A stretch of 64,000 bases of DNA from Bythopirellula sp. (GCA_965216565.1 OZ244170.1:4736001-4800000), one strand, 5' to 3'; positions 50,750-60,975 are shown, numbered from the stretch's first letter. The notes: generated by a model from the letters alone, not told the origin. Numbers and translations: made by a program.

Positions 50750-51637
50750 ATGAAGCTTGGTTCCACGTTGATTGTCGACACCTTTGCTGAAGCGTTCCGG
50801 ATGCGCTATGCGCGGCTGATTGTGACAGCGACGGACGATTACTGGCTCGACGCGGCACTGCGCGAGTTCACTGGCTATGGTTCGTCGGTCATAGGCTGCG
50901 ATTCGGAAGTGGGCATCGAGCATTATCTCGAGAGCGCGGAGAGCCCCGATGGTCGGCCAGGCGCCGCTGTGTTGGCTTTCGGTTTCTCGACGGATGCGTT
51001 GGGCAAGGCTGTTCCCAATCGGGTGGGGCAATGTTTGATGACTTGTCCCACCACCGCAGTCTACAACGGCTTGCCTGAATCTGAGGAGGCGCTTCCGCTG
51101 GGCAAGCATCTTCGCTACTTCGGCGATGGATTTCAAAAGAGTAAAGTCATCGACGAGCGCCGCTACTGGCGAGTGCCGGTGATGGATGGTGAGTTTGTCG
51201 TTGAAGAAACAGTGGGCGTGGCCAAGGGCGTGGCTGGAGGGAATATCATTATTCAAGGAACCTCCGCCGAAGGGGCACTTGCCGCCGCTCGCCGCGCGAC
51301 CGATGCCATCGCTCCGCTTCAGGGAGTAATCGCACCGTTCCCGGGCGGTGTGGTCCGCAGCGGAAGCAAAGTGGGATCGAAATACAAAGCGCTCGTCGCC
51401 TCGACCAACGATGCATTCTGCCCCAGTCTGCGCAGCCAGGTAGAAACAGAATTGGTGGAAGACGCTCAATGTGCCTATGAGATTGTGATTGATGGCACTA
51501 GCGAAGAGGCGGTGGCCAGCGCGATGCAGGTTGCGATCGAAGCCGCTGCGGGTGAGGGTGTGCCAGCCATTTCGGCAGGCAACTACGGGGGCAAGCTCGG
51601 TAAGTTTCATTTTCATTTGCGGGAGTTGGTTTCTTGA
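50750..51637 (+). CDS. fhcD: Formylmethanofuran:tetrahydromethanopterin formyltransferase
   Basis: IVDTFAEAF, SVIGCDSE, SPDGRPG, RVGQCLMTCPTT, GGVVRSGSKVGSKY, AGNYGGKLG. Confidence 0.95.
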   Translation: MKLGSTLIVDTFAEAFRMRYARLIVTATDDYWLDAALREFTGYGSSVIGCDSEVGIEHYLESAESPDGRPGAAVLAFGFSTDALGKAVPNRVGQCLMTCPTTAVYNGLPESEEALPLGKHLRYFGDGFQKSKVIDERRYWRVPVMDGEFVVEETVGVAKGVAGGNIIIQGTSAEGALAAARRATDAIAPLQGVIAPFPGGVVRSGSKVGSKYKALVASTNDAFCPSLRSQVETELVEDAQCAYEIVIDGTSEEAVASAMQVAIEAAAGEGVPAISAGNYGGKLGKFHFHLRELVS

Positions 51638-52869
51638 ACTCGCGCAACACAATTACCCTCCTCGGTCTTCTAGCTGGGGTGAGCTTTGCATTCCTCCTCC
51701 CAACTTCGTTATCGATCGCCGACGAACCCTTGGATGGTCGTGACGGACGGCCCCTCTCTCTGGAGAACTTTCGCCCGAAGTCTTCTCTCGAATTGCCAAG
51801 CCATACTCCCACGCAAGCTAAGTTTTCGGCAGTCGATGTGCATGTTCATGCACGCTACAAAATGCGACCCGTACCCGCCTTGCTCGATGCGTATGTGAAA
51901 TTAATGGACGCGCAAAACATCGCGGTTTCGGTGAGCCTGGATGGGAATCTAGGCGAAGCTCTCGAAGAACATAAAAAATTCTTATGGACCAACCATCGAG
52001 ATCGGTTCGTCATCTTTGCCAATATCGATTGGTTGGGCGACGGCGATCCGAACAAGCCTGCCACTTGGGACTGTCAACGGCCCGACTTTGGTCGTCGCAT
52101 GGCGATCGCTCTGGCAGACGCCAGAGAGCGCGGCGCGGTGGGACTCAAAATTTTCAAACGGTTGGGGCTCTATTACCGCAATCCGGATGGATCGTTCTTG
52201 AAGATCGACGATCGACGTTGGGATCCGATCTGGGAGGCTTGCGGAAAATTGCAAATGCCAGTGCTGATTCATTCGGCCGACCCAGTTGCTTTTTTCGAGC
52301 CGATCAATGCCACCAATGAACGTTGGGAGGAGCTTAGTCGTCATCCGGAATGGAGTTTTGCAGACGACAAGTTTCCTACACACGACGAATTAATTACTGC
52401 GCGAAATCAAGTCGTAGAGCGGCATCCCCAAACGAAGTTCATCGGCGCTCATGTCGCGAATTATGCGGAAAATCTGGCGGAAGTAAGTCGCTGGTTAGAT
52501 AAATATCCGAATCTCACCCTCGATATTTCGGCGCGAATTGCTGAATTGGGGCGACAACCTTTTACAGCTCGTAAATTCTTCATAAAATATCAGGATAGAA
52601 TCCTTTTCGGGACAGACGGTCCTCGCGAGCCTGGGCGGCTCAATCCGCATTGGCGGATGCTGGAAACTGCGGACGAGTATTTCACGTATGCAGAAAATCA
52701 GTATCCTCCTCAAGGTTTGTGGAATATTTATGGCCTCGATCTACCTGACGAGGTGCTCCGCAAAGTTTATGCCGAGAATGCTGCAAACTTGATTCCTGGA
52801 GTGCGAGAACGTCTGAATCGCTTTGCCAGTAAGGCTACGGAGCATCCGCCCTCGAATGCCAAGCAATAA
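51634..52869 (+). CDS. Exported amidohydrolase family protein
   Basis: Signal peptide; DVHVH, GLKIFK, LIHSAD, GAH, ILFGTD; start overlaps the fhcD stop. Confidence 0.85.
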   Translation: MNSRNTITLLGLLAGVSFAFLLPTSLSIADEPLDGRDGRPLSLENFRPKSSLELPSHTPTQAKFSAVDVHVHARYKMRPVPALLDAYVKLMDAQNIAVSVSLDGNLGEALEEHKKFLWTNHRDRFVIFANIDWLGDGDPNKPATWDCQRPDFGRRMAIALADARERGAVGLKIFKRLGLYYRNPDGSFLKIDDRRWDPIWEACGKLQMPVLIHSADPVAFFEPINATNERWEELSRHPEWSFADDKFPTHDELITARNQVVERHPQTKFIGAHVANYAENLAEVSRWLDKYPNLTLDISARIAELGRQPFTARKFFIKYQDRILFGTDGPREPGRLNPHWRMLETADEYFTYAENQYPPQGLWNIYGLDLPDEVLRKVYAENAANLIPGVRERLNRFASKATEHPPSNAKQ

Positions 52870-53008
52870 ATAATATCGCTGATCTATTCTCTCATCCCCT
52901 CTCACGTCTGACCAAACTGTTGCACAACAGTGCATGCCGAGGTTAAACTTGCTGCGCTAGGCTTGTTTCGTTGCCTGGCACTTATTGAGCCACCGCAGGA
53001 TTTTTTCG

Positions 53009-54667
53009 ATGATGCCCCCCGAAGCCGAAGCAGAACCAACAAACCCAATCCCCTCCGACTCTCAGGTTGAAACGACTGCTGCAGAGACATCTGTAGCACC
53101 AGAATCATCAACCGAACCCCCGCCAGCCGAGGCCGCGGTTGCGGCAACTCCGTTGCAGGATGTGGCGCAAGAGTCTCCCGAGCTTCGAGCCTCTGCCGAA
53201 GCCGAATCGAGTTCGCCCACAGATTCGGGAGCAAGCGATTCTTCAGAGATTGCGGCTGCTACCGGTAGCGAACATCGGCCTAGCGAGCGGTTGCAGATTG
53301 GTACCCAACGCGCAGACGATAGCGAACCTGCCGTTGCCAAACCGGTGACTCCTGGGAACGCGTCGAGTACACCTCAAGCCACCGAGCCCAAGACACCTCC
53401 CCCCCAAGTACCCAGCGTTCGACAGGAACTTCCTCCCGAACTCTTGCAAGAAGTCGAAGCAGCACTGGGAAGCGAGTCTGTGGACTCGTTGATCGAGCAG
53501 TCAGCGGCCGCCGCAGGTGGAGAAAACGAACTGGCCTCTGGGGCACGCCTACAGGCGAGCGTCGTAAAAATACACCGCGAAGATATCTTTGTGGAGTTGG
53601 GGGGACGCAACCAGGGTGTCCTACCTGCCAAGCAATTCGAAGGGAAGGACCTTCCCGAAATTGGCAGCCAAATCGAGGTCGCCGTTTCACAATTCAATGC
53701 CGAACAGGGTCTCTACGAAGTCTCCTTGCCCACAGCCGCTGTATCGGTAGGCAATTGGGACGAAGTGGAGGAAGGGCAAATCGTAGATGTCAAAGTCACC
53801 GGCCACAACAAAGGCGGCTTGGAATGCGAAGTGTCTGGGATTCGCGGCTTCATTCCTCTCGGCCAAGTTTCAATCTACCGTGTTGAGAATGTCGAGGAGT
53901 ACGTTGGCCAACGCCTGAGTTGTGTGGTGGTCGAGGCCAAGAAGAGCCGCAAGAATTTAGTCTTAAGCCACCGTGCACTCATGGAGCGAGAGCGGAAAGA
54001 AAAACGCGAACAGCTACTAAGCGAACTTGCTCCTGGCCAGATTCACGAAGGTGTGGTCAGAAGTCTACAAGACTTTGGCGCCTTTGTAGACTTGGGCGGC
54101 GTCGATGGGCTTGTCCATGTGAGTCAGCTAAGTTGGGAACGTGTGGCACATCCTAAAGATGTGCTGTCCGTTGGCCAAACGGTCAAAGTACGAATCGAAA
54201 AAGTGAACAAAGAGAGCGGTAAAATATCGCTGGCCTATCGCGATCTGGGAGCCAACCCCTGGGAAGACGTCACCTCGAAGTATCCAACCGGTGCCAAGAT
54301 AAAGGGGACGGTTTCTAAGCTGATGCAGTTTGGTGCCTTTGTAAAACTTGAACCAGGTGTAGAGGGCTTGATTCATATCTCTGAGCTTGGACATGGCCGC
54401 GTTCACCGCACGGGTGATGTACTGAGCGAGGGTCAGGAAGTCGAAGTCAAAGTGCTTTCGGTCGATGCCGAGGCTCAGCGGATCGGTTTGTCGCTCAAAG
54501 CCCTGATGCCAGCGCCCGCAAAGCCGGAAGGGAAGTCGAAAGGCAAAGACAAGGACATCCCATCTATCGACGAGATCGAATCGCGCAAACCCCGAGAGAG
54601 CGACAAGCATCTCAAAGGCGGTATTAGCACTCCCAGTGGTGGCGAGAAGTTTGGTCTGAAGTGGTAG
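53009..54667 (+). CDS. S1-domain RNA-binding protein (ribosomal S1-like, 4 domains)
   Basis: Four S1 repeats incl. FGAFVDLGGVDGLVHVSQL and FGAFVKLEPGVEGLIHISEL; long low-complexity N-terminus. Confidence 0.88.
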   Translation: MMPPEAEAEPTNPIPSDSQVETTAAETSVAPESSTEPPPAEAAVAATPLQDVAQESPELRASAEAESSSPTDSGASDSSEIAAATGSEHRPSERLQIGTQRADDSEPAVAKPVTPGNASSTPQATEPKTPPPQVPSVRQELPPELLQEVEAALGSESVDSLIEQSAAAAGGENELASGARLQASVVKIHREDIFVELGGRNQGVLPAKQFEGKDLPEIGSQIEVAVSQFNAEQGLYEVSLPTAAVSVGNWDEVEEGQIVDVKVTGHNKGGLECEVSGIRGFIPLGQVSIYRVENVEEYVGQRLSCVVVEAKKSRKNLVLSHRALMERERKEKREQLLSELAPGQIHEGVVRSLQDFGAFVDLGGVDGLVHVSQLSWERVAHPKDVLSVGQTVKVRIEKVNKESGKISLAYRDLGANPWEDVTSKYPTGAKIKGTVSKLMQFGAFVKLEPGVEGLIHISELGHGRVHRTGDVLSEGQEVEVKVLSVDAEAQRIGLSLKALMPAPAKPEGKSKGKDKDIPSIDEIESRKPRESDKHLKGGISTPSGGEKFGLKW

Positions 54668-54727
54668 CCATTCCACTCAGCATTACTAGCCTCGAACTTC
54701 CAGAACCCCTCACCCCCTGCCCTCTCC

Positions 54728-55690
54728 ATGTTCCACTGGGATAATGGGATTTTTCTCACGGGAGCCAACCTGGCGCTCGATGTCCGACGTCGACAAGCGC
54801 GGGGATTTATTTCGCATGCCCATGCCGATCATATTGGCCCTCACGAATTGGCGCTCTGCACGCCCGCTACTGCTCGGTTGTACCAGCATCGCCGCGGCAT
54901 GCATCGCAAAACAAAAGAGATGCCATTCTTCGAACCGTTAGAGTTTGGCCCGCTCAGACTAACGACATATCCCGCCGGCCATTGCCTAGGTTCCGCAATG
55001 TTGCTGGCCGAGGATGGCGAAAAATCGCTGCTCTACACGGGCGACTATAAATTAGGTCCTTCGGCAACCAGTCGAGAAGCTCAATTGCCACAGGCGGACA
55101 TTCTGATCATGGAATCGACGTTCGGTCGCCCCAAATACCGCATGCCGCCGCGTGAAGAGGTCATTCAGCAACTGCTAGAACTGGTCCATGAAACCTTGGA
55201 ACAAGGCCGCACTCCTGTTTTGCATGCCTATGCGTTGGGGAAGGCCCAAGAGGTGACCAAGCTCTTAACCGATCAAGGCATCTCGGTGCTGCAGCATTCG
55301 CAGACCTTTGCTGTGAGCGAAGTGTACCAGAAGTGTGGCATGGAGTTAGGGGACGTGGCCGAGTATCGGAGCAAACTTGTGCCGGGACGGGCGGTCGTCA
55401 CGCTACCCCGTGGCGTGCGGGGCTTTCGCCTGGCGGGCATCAGCGAACCTGTCAGCATTGCCGTCACCGGTTGGGCCATCGACCCGGGAACGTTGTACCG
55501 ACTTGGCGTCGATCATGCGTTGCCGCTTTCCGACCATGCCGACTTCAACCAACTGCTGCAAACGGCTGAAGAAGTTGGTGCTCGGGAAATCTACTGTACG
55601 CACGGGCCCCGCGAATTTGTCGAACATTTACGGGCGGAAGGATTCAACGCCTTCCCAGTAACCGGCAGCTACCAAACACGAATGTTCTAG
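54728..55690 (+). CDS. MBL-fold beta-CASP-like nuclease
   Basis: SHAHADH, PAGHCLGSA, YTGDYK, ESTFG, YALGKAQE, LSDHADF, THG. Confidence 0.85.
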   Translation: MFHWDNGIFLTGANLALDVRRRQARGFISHAHADHIGPHELALCTPATARLYQHRRGMHRKTKEMPFFEPLEFGPLRLTTYPAGHCLGSAMLLAEDGEKSLLYTGDYKLGPSATSREAQLPQADILIMESTFGRPKYRMPPREEVIQQLLELVHETLEQGRTPVLHAYALGKAQEVTKLLTDQGISVLQHSQTFAVSEVYQKCGMELGDVAEYRSKLVPGRAVVTLPRGVRGFRLAGISEPVSIAVTGWAIDPGTLYRLGVDHALPLSDHADFNQLLQTAEEVGAREIYCTHGPREFVEHLRAEGFNAFPVTGSYQTRMF

Positions 55691-55767
55691 GGCTTTGCGT
55701 CCTCATCAAGTTTCGGTTTGTTGCGGTATCGGGGGATGTTTGAATGAATTCATTCGCGTGAAGAGTT

Positions 55768-55799
55768 CTGTCATCCCTCGGCAGACCTCGGGATGACAG
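55768..55799. repeat. Intergenic inverted repeat
   Basis: CTGTCATCCC-12 nt-GGGATGACAG; no U-tract. Confidence 0.55.
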
Positions 55800-56065
55800 G
55801 TAGGACATGACAGGTGGGTCAGAACTCAGGTCTCCAAAATCGAGTCTGCAGGCGATCTAGTTTGACGGTTACAGCGGGTGCTAGCAGAGCGAGGCGGAGG
55901 GCTGTACCGCCTGTAGTGTCCGCCTAGTGCCTTCGCTAGCACAATCGTATGGGTTTTGCTGGTTTCGCATGCTTGCGTTAGACGAATCTGAAATTGCCGA
56001 GCGCAAATTCCGTCGGGCCGAGCGCAGGGACTGTGAGCCGAATAGTATCCCAAGGAAGGGAATCG

Positions 56066-57757
56066 ATGACCCAAAAAAGCGGGACAATAGTCTCCATCTT
56101 TCGCCGCGCGCATCGATGCCTGCCATTACTCTTCGTGTTGGTAGTACTGTCCTGCTGTGCGCTGTTATTTTTTGGACATGCGTCATCAAGAGCTCCGAGC
56201 AGAACTTCCACAGTTGCACTCAAGTCCGACCGGACGGCGACCCCAGCTATTGATAAGGTTCGCCGTCCAGAGATGCAGAAGGACAGCGAGGTCCAACTGG
56301 TAGGTCTACTACCTGCGTTACCTGACGTGGATTTCGAGCCCGGCGAAGCGAATTCCAAGCAGCCCGCCAGCCAGACGGAAGAAAACCTCTATTGGGAATT
56401 CACCGTTGAGGTTTCGGCTGATGAGGTTGAGGTTTCCGCTGATAAGACCGCAGAGGAAGCTGCCGAACTGCAGAGCGATAGCTCGCCAAGTGAGACGGCC
56501 GCGTCGACGGAGCCGTTTGCCTTTCTGCTCGCACCTCAGCCAGTTCCACAAGAAGAGTTGGAAAATCATGAGCCAGAGCAACAACCCACGCTTACTACCG
56601 AGGAGCTGGCTCTTGAGTTTCCCCCCGAAGCGAATAGCGGGACAGACCTGCCAAAAGTAGCTTCCTCAAACGAACCCGAATACGTAACAACGCCGACCTT
56701 CAGCAATCCAAATGACAGCCTCGAACGAGATGTCGAGAGTGACCTCAGCATAAATCAGAGCACCAAAGAATTCGCAGAAGTAGTTACCGAAGAGCAGCAA
56801 CTGGTCGCTCTGATACTTCGGGAGTCAACCAACGCCACGACTGGCAATCTCACGAATTCTCGCGTTAATCAGCTGGCTATCGCGAAAATAGCCGAAGCGA
56901 ATGTGCTGGCAGATCGAGGTGCCACGTTCGCGGCGCGGCAACGATTGATCGAGGTCTTGCGATTGGTTTCACAATCGAAAGATGCAGCCCAAGGCAAGCG
57001 CGAGCACTCTCTGGCGCTGAGATCCGGATTGCGGGCGCTGGAGGAAGCGGAAGACTTCTCGCCGCGCGGCTCGCAACTGGAAGCTGAGCTAAACATCGAG
57101 CTTGTGGTCGATGCCCATCAGACCCCTGTGGCTGAGCAGCTCGATTTGGATCGAGAGCTTCCACGTCAAATGGTAGAGCGGTATCTGCGGTACGCTCAAA
57201 TCAAATTGTCGATGTCGGTCGCCGGCGATCCAGCTGGTTCGATGGCACTCTACGCGTTGGGCAAGGTCACCAGTCGCATGGGCAAGAGTGAAAAGTTGGC
57301 GAATCCGTTGGCTCATCAGCAGGCGGTTGCTTTTCAGCAGGCGGCCGTACTTTCGCGAAGTGATAACTACTTTGCGACACACGAGCTGGCGGTTTTACTC
57401 GCCGAGTCAGGCCATCTGGGGCAATCGCTCGAGCTGCTGGTAGGGTTAGCAAACTCGCATCAAAACCCAACGCTGTTTCGGAATTTAGCCCGGGTACAGG
57501 AGCAACTGGGGCTGCCTGAACAGGCCGCAGCAACCCGCTCGATGGCCATCGCCATGACCAGCAACAACCCGCAACAGAGCGGTCGCGTTCACTGGGTTGC
57601 CCCGCATCAGTTTGGAAGTTCCTCCGTGCCTTCTCAGTATGCAACACCCAGCAATATGGTGATGAAGCCAACTCACGATCGGCGTACTGCCCAAGTTCCA
57701 ATCAGCCGAAACGCCGTGAGAACCCCTCACCACTTACCCCCACAACAGTGGCGCTAA
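56066..57757 (+). CDS. Membrane-anchored hypothetical protein, acidic linker plus TPR-like C-domain
   Basis: N-terminal TM; helical C-terminal region (ALYALGK, HELAVLLAESG, RNLARVQEQLG); 21 nt before the second wza. Confidence 0.65.
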   Translation: MTQKSGTIVSIFRRAHRCLPLLFVLVVLSCCALLFFGHASSRAPSRTSTVALKSDRTATPAIDKVRRPEMQKDSEVQLVGLLPALPDVDFEPGEANSKQPASQTEENLYWEFTVEVSADEVEVSADKTAEEAAELQSDSSPSETAASTEPFAFLLAPQPVPQEELENHEPEQQPTLTTEELALEFPPEANSGTDLPKVASSNEPEYVTTPTFSNPNDSLERDVESDLSINQSTKEFAEVVTEEQQLVALILRESTNATTGNLTNSRVNQLAIAKIAEANVLADRGATFAARQRLIEVLRLVSQSKDAAQGKREHSLALRSGLRALEEAEDFSPRGSQLEAELNIELVVDAHQTPVAEQLDLDRELPRQMVERYLRYAQIKLSMSVAGDPAGSMALYALGKVTSRMGKSEKLANPLAHQQAVAFQQAAVLSRSDNYFATHELAVLLAESGHLGQSLELLVGLANSHQNPTLFRNLARVQEQLGLPEQAAATRSMAIAMTSNNPQQSGRVHWVAPHQFGSSSVPSQYATPSNMVMKPTHDRRTAQVPISRNAVRTPHHLPPQQWR

Positions 57758-57778
57758 GCAACATAGGAAAGCCCACGC

Positions 57779-59023
57779 ATGCGACCCGAATCTAACGAAC
57801 AACAAAACACTGGACGACGCAAAATCGCACAGAGATGGTTGGGACTCTGTTATGCGCTGACGGTGATTTCAGCTTGTTGCCTGATACTTGCTTGCTCGCC
57901 GCGGGCGCACGCGCAAGCGCTTGGTCCTGCTGCCCCCCACAGTATTTGGGGAGTCGATAGTATGAGCGGGTTTAAGTGTGGCTGCCCTCAAGGGGAAGTC
58001 GGCTGGGAAACCCGAGGCTGCGTCGATTGGCAAGCCTACGCCCAAGGCGAGTATGTGGGCCGTGCTCGAATTCAGCACGTGCCGGAATATCGTATCCGCG
58101 TCGACGACCGTATCGCATTTGTGTTTCGACTAACGCGTGAGGAATCGGTACGTCCGTACGAATTGCAGGTGGGTGACGAGCTACGGATTGAGTCGCTCAC
58201 CGGCGATAGCCCTGCGCCTGGCGAGCAACGAGACGAAAACGACAATATCCGACGTGAATTAATTATTCAGCCAGACGGTACGATTAGTTTGCCCTTGCTG
58301 GGTCAGGTACGGGCAGCACGGATGACCATCGATGGGCTGCGCGAGCACTTGGAAGAGCGTTACAAGAAGTTCTATCGTGTCCCTGCCATCACAGTGACTC
58401 CGCTGAAGGTCAATACTCGGCTGCAAGACCTTATCGAGTCGGTCGACGCCAGGCAAGGCACTGGTGGTTTACAGTTAGAGGTGAATGTCACCCCGGCCGG
58501 AAAGCTTTATCTGCCTGGACTTGGTGCCGTTTTTGTTCAGGGTCTTACCTTGGAGGAACTCAAGGCAGAGATCGACGCCCGTTACTCGGCAACCATACCC
58601 GGCGTGGCGATTACCCCCGTGCTTACACAGCGAGCTCCTCGTTTCGTCTACGTGCTGGGTGAAGTCGCTCAACCAGGACGATTCACGTTGGAAGGTCCTA
58701 CGACACTGATGGGTGCCATCGCGCTGGCGGGCGGGTGGAACCAAGGTGCAAATCTCCGCCAGGTGGTGGTCTTTCGCCGCGGCGAAGACTGGCGATTGAT
58801 GGCCACCATGCTCGACGTGCAAGGCGCTTTGTACGGTCGTCGGCCCACGCCTGCAGACGAAATCTGGCTCAGCGATACCGATGTGGTGGTCGTGCCGAAG
58901 ACGAAAATCCAGGTCGCCGACGAAGTGATCGATCAATTCTTCAGCCGCGGACTTTATAGCCTGTTTCCGCAGTTTTCGTTTGGTCAGTTCAACTTCGACA
59001 ACTTCCGCTCGATCAGCAACTGA
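57779..59023 (+). CDS. Second polysaccharide export protein (Wza/OPX family)
   Basis: YELQVGDEL, IQPDGTISLPLLGQV, VYVLGEVAQPG (SLBB), AIALAGG. Confidence 0.87.
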   Translation: MRPESNEQQNTGRRKIAQRWLGLCYALTVISACCLILACSPRAHAQALGPAAPHSIWGVDSMSGFKCGCPQGEVGWETRGCVDWQAYAQGEYVGRARIQHVPEYRIRVDDRIAFVFRLTREESVRPYELQVGDELRIESLTGDSPAPGEQRDENDNIRRELIIQPDGTISLPLLGQVRAARMTIDGLREHLEERYKKFYRVPAITVTPLKVNTRLQDLIESVDARQGTGGLQLEVNVTPAGKLYLPGLGAVFVQGLTLEELKAEIDARYSATIPGVAITPVLTQRAPRFVYVLGEVAQPGRFTLEGPTTLMGAIALAGGWNQGANLRQVVVFRRGEDWRLMATMLDVQGALYGRRPTPADEIWLSDTDVVVVPKTKIQVADEVIDQFFSRGLYSLFPQFSFGQFNFDNFRSISN

Positions 59024-59052
59024 CATCCGTCGACATCCGCTCGGCTTGCCAA

Positions 59053-59325
59053 TTAGATTTCGATGTGAGTCACTCCCGCCACTTCATCGAAATGCCCAAT
59101 CTTGAGCACGGTCCCGCCTGAACCAGGCATTTCAGCCACGAAAGCCGGATCACACACCATCACTGGTGGAGTCAACGCAAGCGTCAGTGCTGAGCTGACT
59201 GCCGAGGCATAGGCCGCACCAAGAGATAGCGTCACAAACCACGGCATGGCACCCGCCGCCAACTGGAGCAGATGGTCCCGCTTAATTTGCGAGAGCTGTT
59301 CCTCAAGGCGAGCGAACTGTATCAG
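59053..59325 (-). pseudogene. Possible C-terminal gene remnant
   Basis: Protein-like frame ending MVCDPAFVAEMPG..LKIGHFDEVAGVTHIEI, bounded upstream by an in-frame TGA with no convincing start or RBS. Confidence 0.35.
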
Positions 59326-59476
59326 TCAATGAGAAACGTCCGTACTAAGAGCTTTGTTATTCCGCGCAACTGTAGTCGCCACAGGTTGGTAACCCGTAGC
59401 CGTTAACGTTTGCGATTCGGTTTGAAGGAGACGATATTGGGGAGAATCGAAACGAATCCCATAAAGGTGAATGAGC

Positions 59477-59797
59477 CTAAAAGTCCAACTCCCCGTCGAG
59501 CCATCGGAGGTAGCTTTCCGATCCAGCCGTAATCGCTACGGCAAGCACCTCCGGACAGTCGTAGGTGTGAACTTCACAGATCGCTGACTCCACTCGCGCG
59601 AATAGAGTCTCACGAGTTTTCGCCGTGCAGAGCCATTCTTGGGAACGTTCCACGTTGCCTTGCCAGCGGTAGACGCTTTCGATCGGGCCGGTGATTTGCA
59701 CGCAAGCGGCAAGCCGTTGCTCAACAAGTGCGGTGGCAATTTCCTGCGCTCGTTTTGCACTGTCGGTTGTTGTCGAGACTTGGATGAACTCACTCAT
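59477..59797 (-). CDS. cutA: Divalent-cation tolerance protein CutA
   Basis: LVEQRLAACVQ, SVYRWQG, HTYDCPE, YLRWL; ATGA overlap with the upstream gene. Confidence 0.93.
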   Translation of the reverse strand: MSEFIQVSTTTDSAKRAQEIATALVEQRLAACVQITGPIESVYRWQGNVERSQEWLCTAKTRETLFARVESAICEVHTYDCPEVLAVAITAGSESYLRWLDGELDF

Positions 59798-60975
59798 ACA
59801 TAGGCTCCGTAGAATCGATCGGCCACCTCCAAACAGTGAAACGGTAACCACTCTCGTCGCGTGTACACAGCGTGACCCCAGATGCGCAGCTTGAGGCCTT
59901 GCTCGCGGTAGTCGACTAGCAGTGTCGTGCCCTCATTATGCACGCGGGTCCCATGTCGCAGCCGCCGGAGGATATTCTCGCGGGTAAGTTCTGACTGCAG
60001 GAGTTGATTAAGCCGCAAGTCGGCAAGCAGGGTCCGTACAAAGATTGGGATGGGAATAAAGTTGGTCCCCGAGATGCCGATCTGCTGTACATAGTCGCCG
60101 TACTTGGCAAATAGCAGAGGCAGTATCCTCATCGGTACCGGTGTTTGATATTCGATTCCTTGCGGCGGCATGCGATGGTGAACGAAGTGCAATAGCATGT
60201 CGTAGCCGTCGGTGTCCCAGCCATAGCGGATCGGTGTGCCAAAGGTGACGATGTCTATCTTAAGTCGTCGCAGCGGGTGATCGGACGTGGACAATATTTC
60301 CTGAACCTCTTTCCAGGCGGGCATATCGACGTGCCGGAGGATCCAAGGTGTGAAAAAAGATCGTGCGGCCGTGAAGAAATCGGCAAGTGATTCTTCATCG
60401 GCTCCTAACAGATTCGTTAATAGCGAGAATACGTTGCCCCCATGGCTGTGACCCCAAAGTAGCACACGTGGAGTTTCGCGCGACGATTGATTCTCGCTGA
60501 ATACTTGCTCTGCATGGCGAGCAAGTACTGCGATGAGCCTAATTGCGCCGTCGGCTCGGCCAATATGATTGTTTTGGCTCGACCAATTGAAGAACCGAAC
60601 CGGAATAGTTTGCTCTGCGCCGGTAGCAAGTCCTTCTTCGAATTCGCGAGAATATCGGGGCGTGAAGTTGCCTGCTTCGCCGGCAAAAAGATTGACCGTC
60701 CCTTTGCCTAATCGGGCAATGGAGCCACTAATGCGTGGAGCGATGCGTTCTAACTCTGTCACGAATCCCAAGGAATCGCTTCCCGAGAACGTGCCATGGA
60801 CGCAATAGATCGCAGTGACCCCGGCACGACCGAAGACCTCGCCTGCCTGCCGAAGTGCCTCGTCGTACTCAGCCGACGATGGGGTTGTGGGAGATACTTC
60901 CGGGAGCAATTGGTACGGCGAAGTGGGGCGCTCGGGCCGGTACACCTGGTGTCGAAATCGGTTGCCCGTGGGCAT
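59794..60975 (-). CDS. Alpha/beta-hydrolase-like protein
   Basis: VHGTF oxyanion-type motif, WGHSHGG nucleophile elbow, VTFGTP, GDYVQ, WGH. Confidence 0.7.
   Translation of the reverse strand: MPTGNRFRHQVYRPERPTSPYQLLPEVSPTTPSSAEYDEALRQAGEVFGRAGVTAIYCVHGTFSGSDSLGFVTELERIAPRISGSIARLGKGTVNLFAGEAGNFTPRYSREFEEGLATGAEQTIPVRFFNWSSQNNHIGRADGAIRLIAVLARHAEQVFSENQSSRETPRVLLWGHSHGGNVFSLLTNLLGADEESLADFFTAARSFFTPWILRHVDMPAWKEVQEILSTSDHPLRRLKIDIVTFGTPIRYGWDTDGYDMLLHFVHHRMPPQGIEYQTPVPMRILPLLFAKYGDYVQQIGISGTNFIPIPIFVRTLLADLRLNQLLQSELTRENILRRLRHGTRVHNEGTTLLVDYREQGLKLRIWGHAVYTRREWLPFHCLEVADRFYGAYV

Noticed and set aside
50708..51652. Long antisense or alternate-frame ORFs (also 4878-5639, 14032-14595, 20681-21355, 29211-29882)
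   Set aside because: Shadows of well-supported genes in moderately GC-rich DNA
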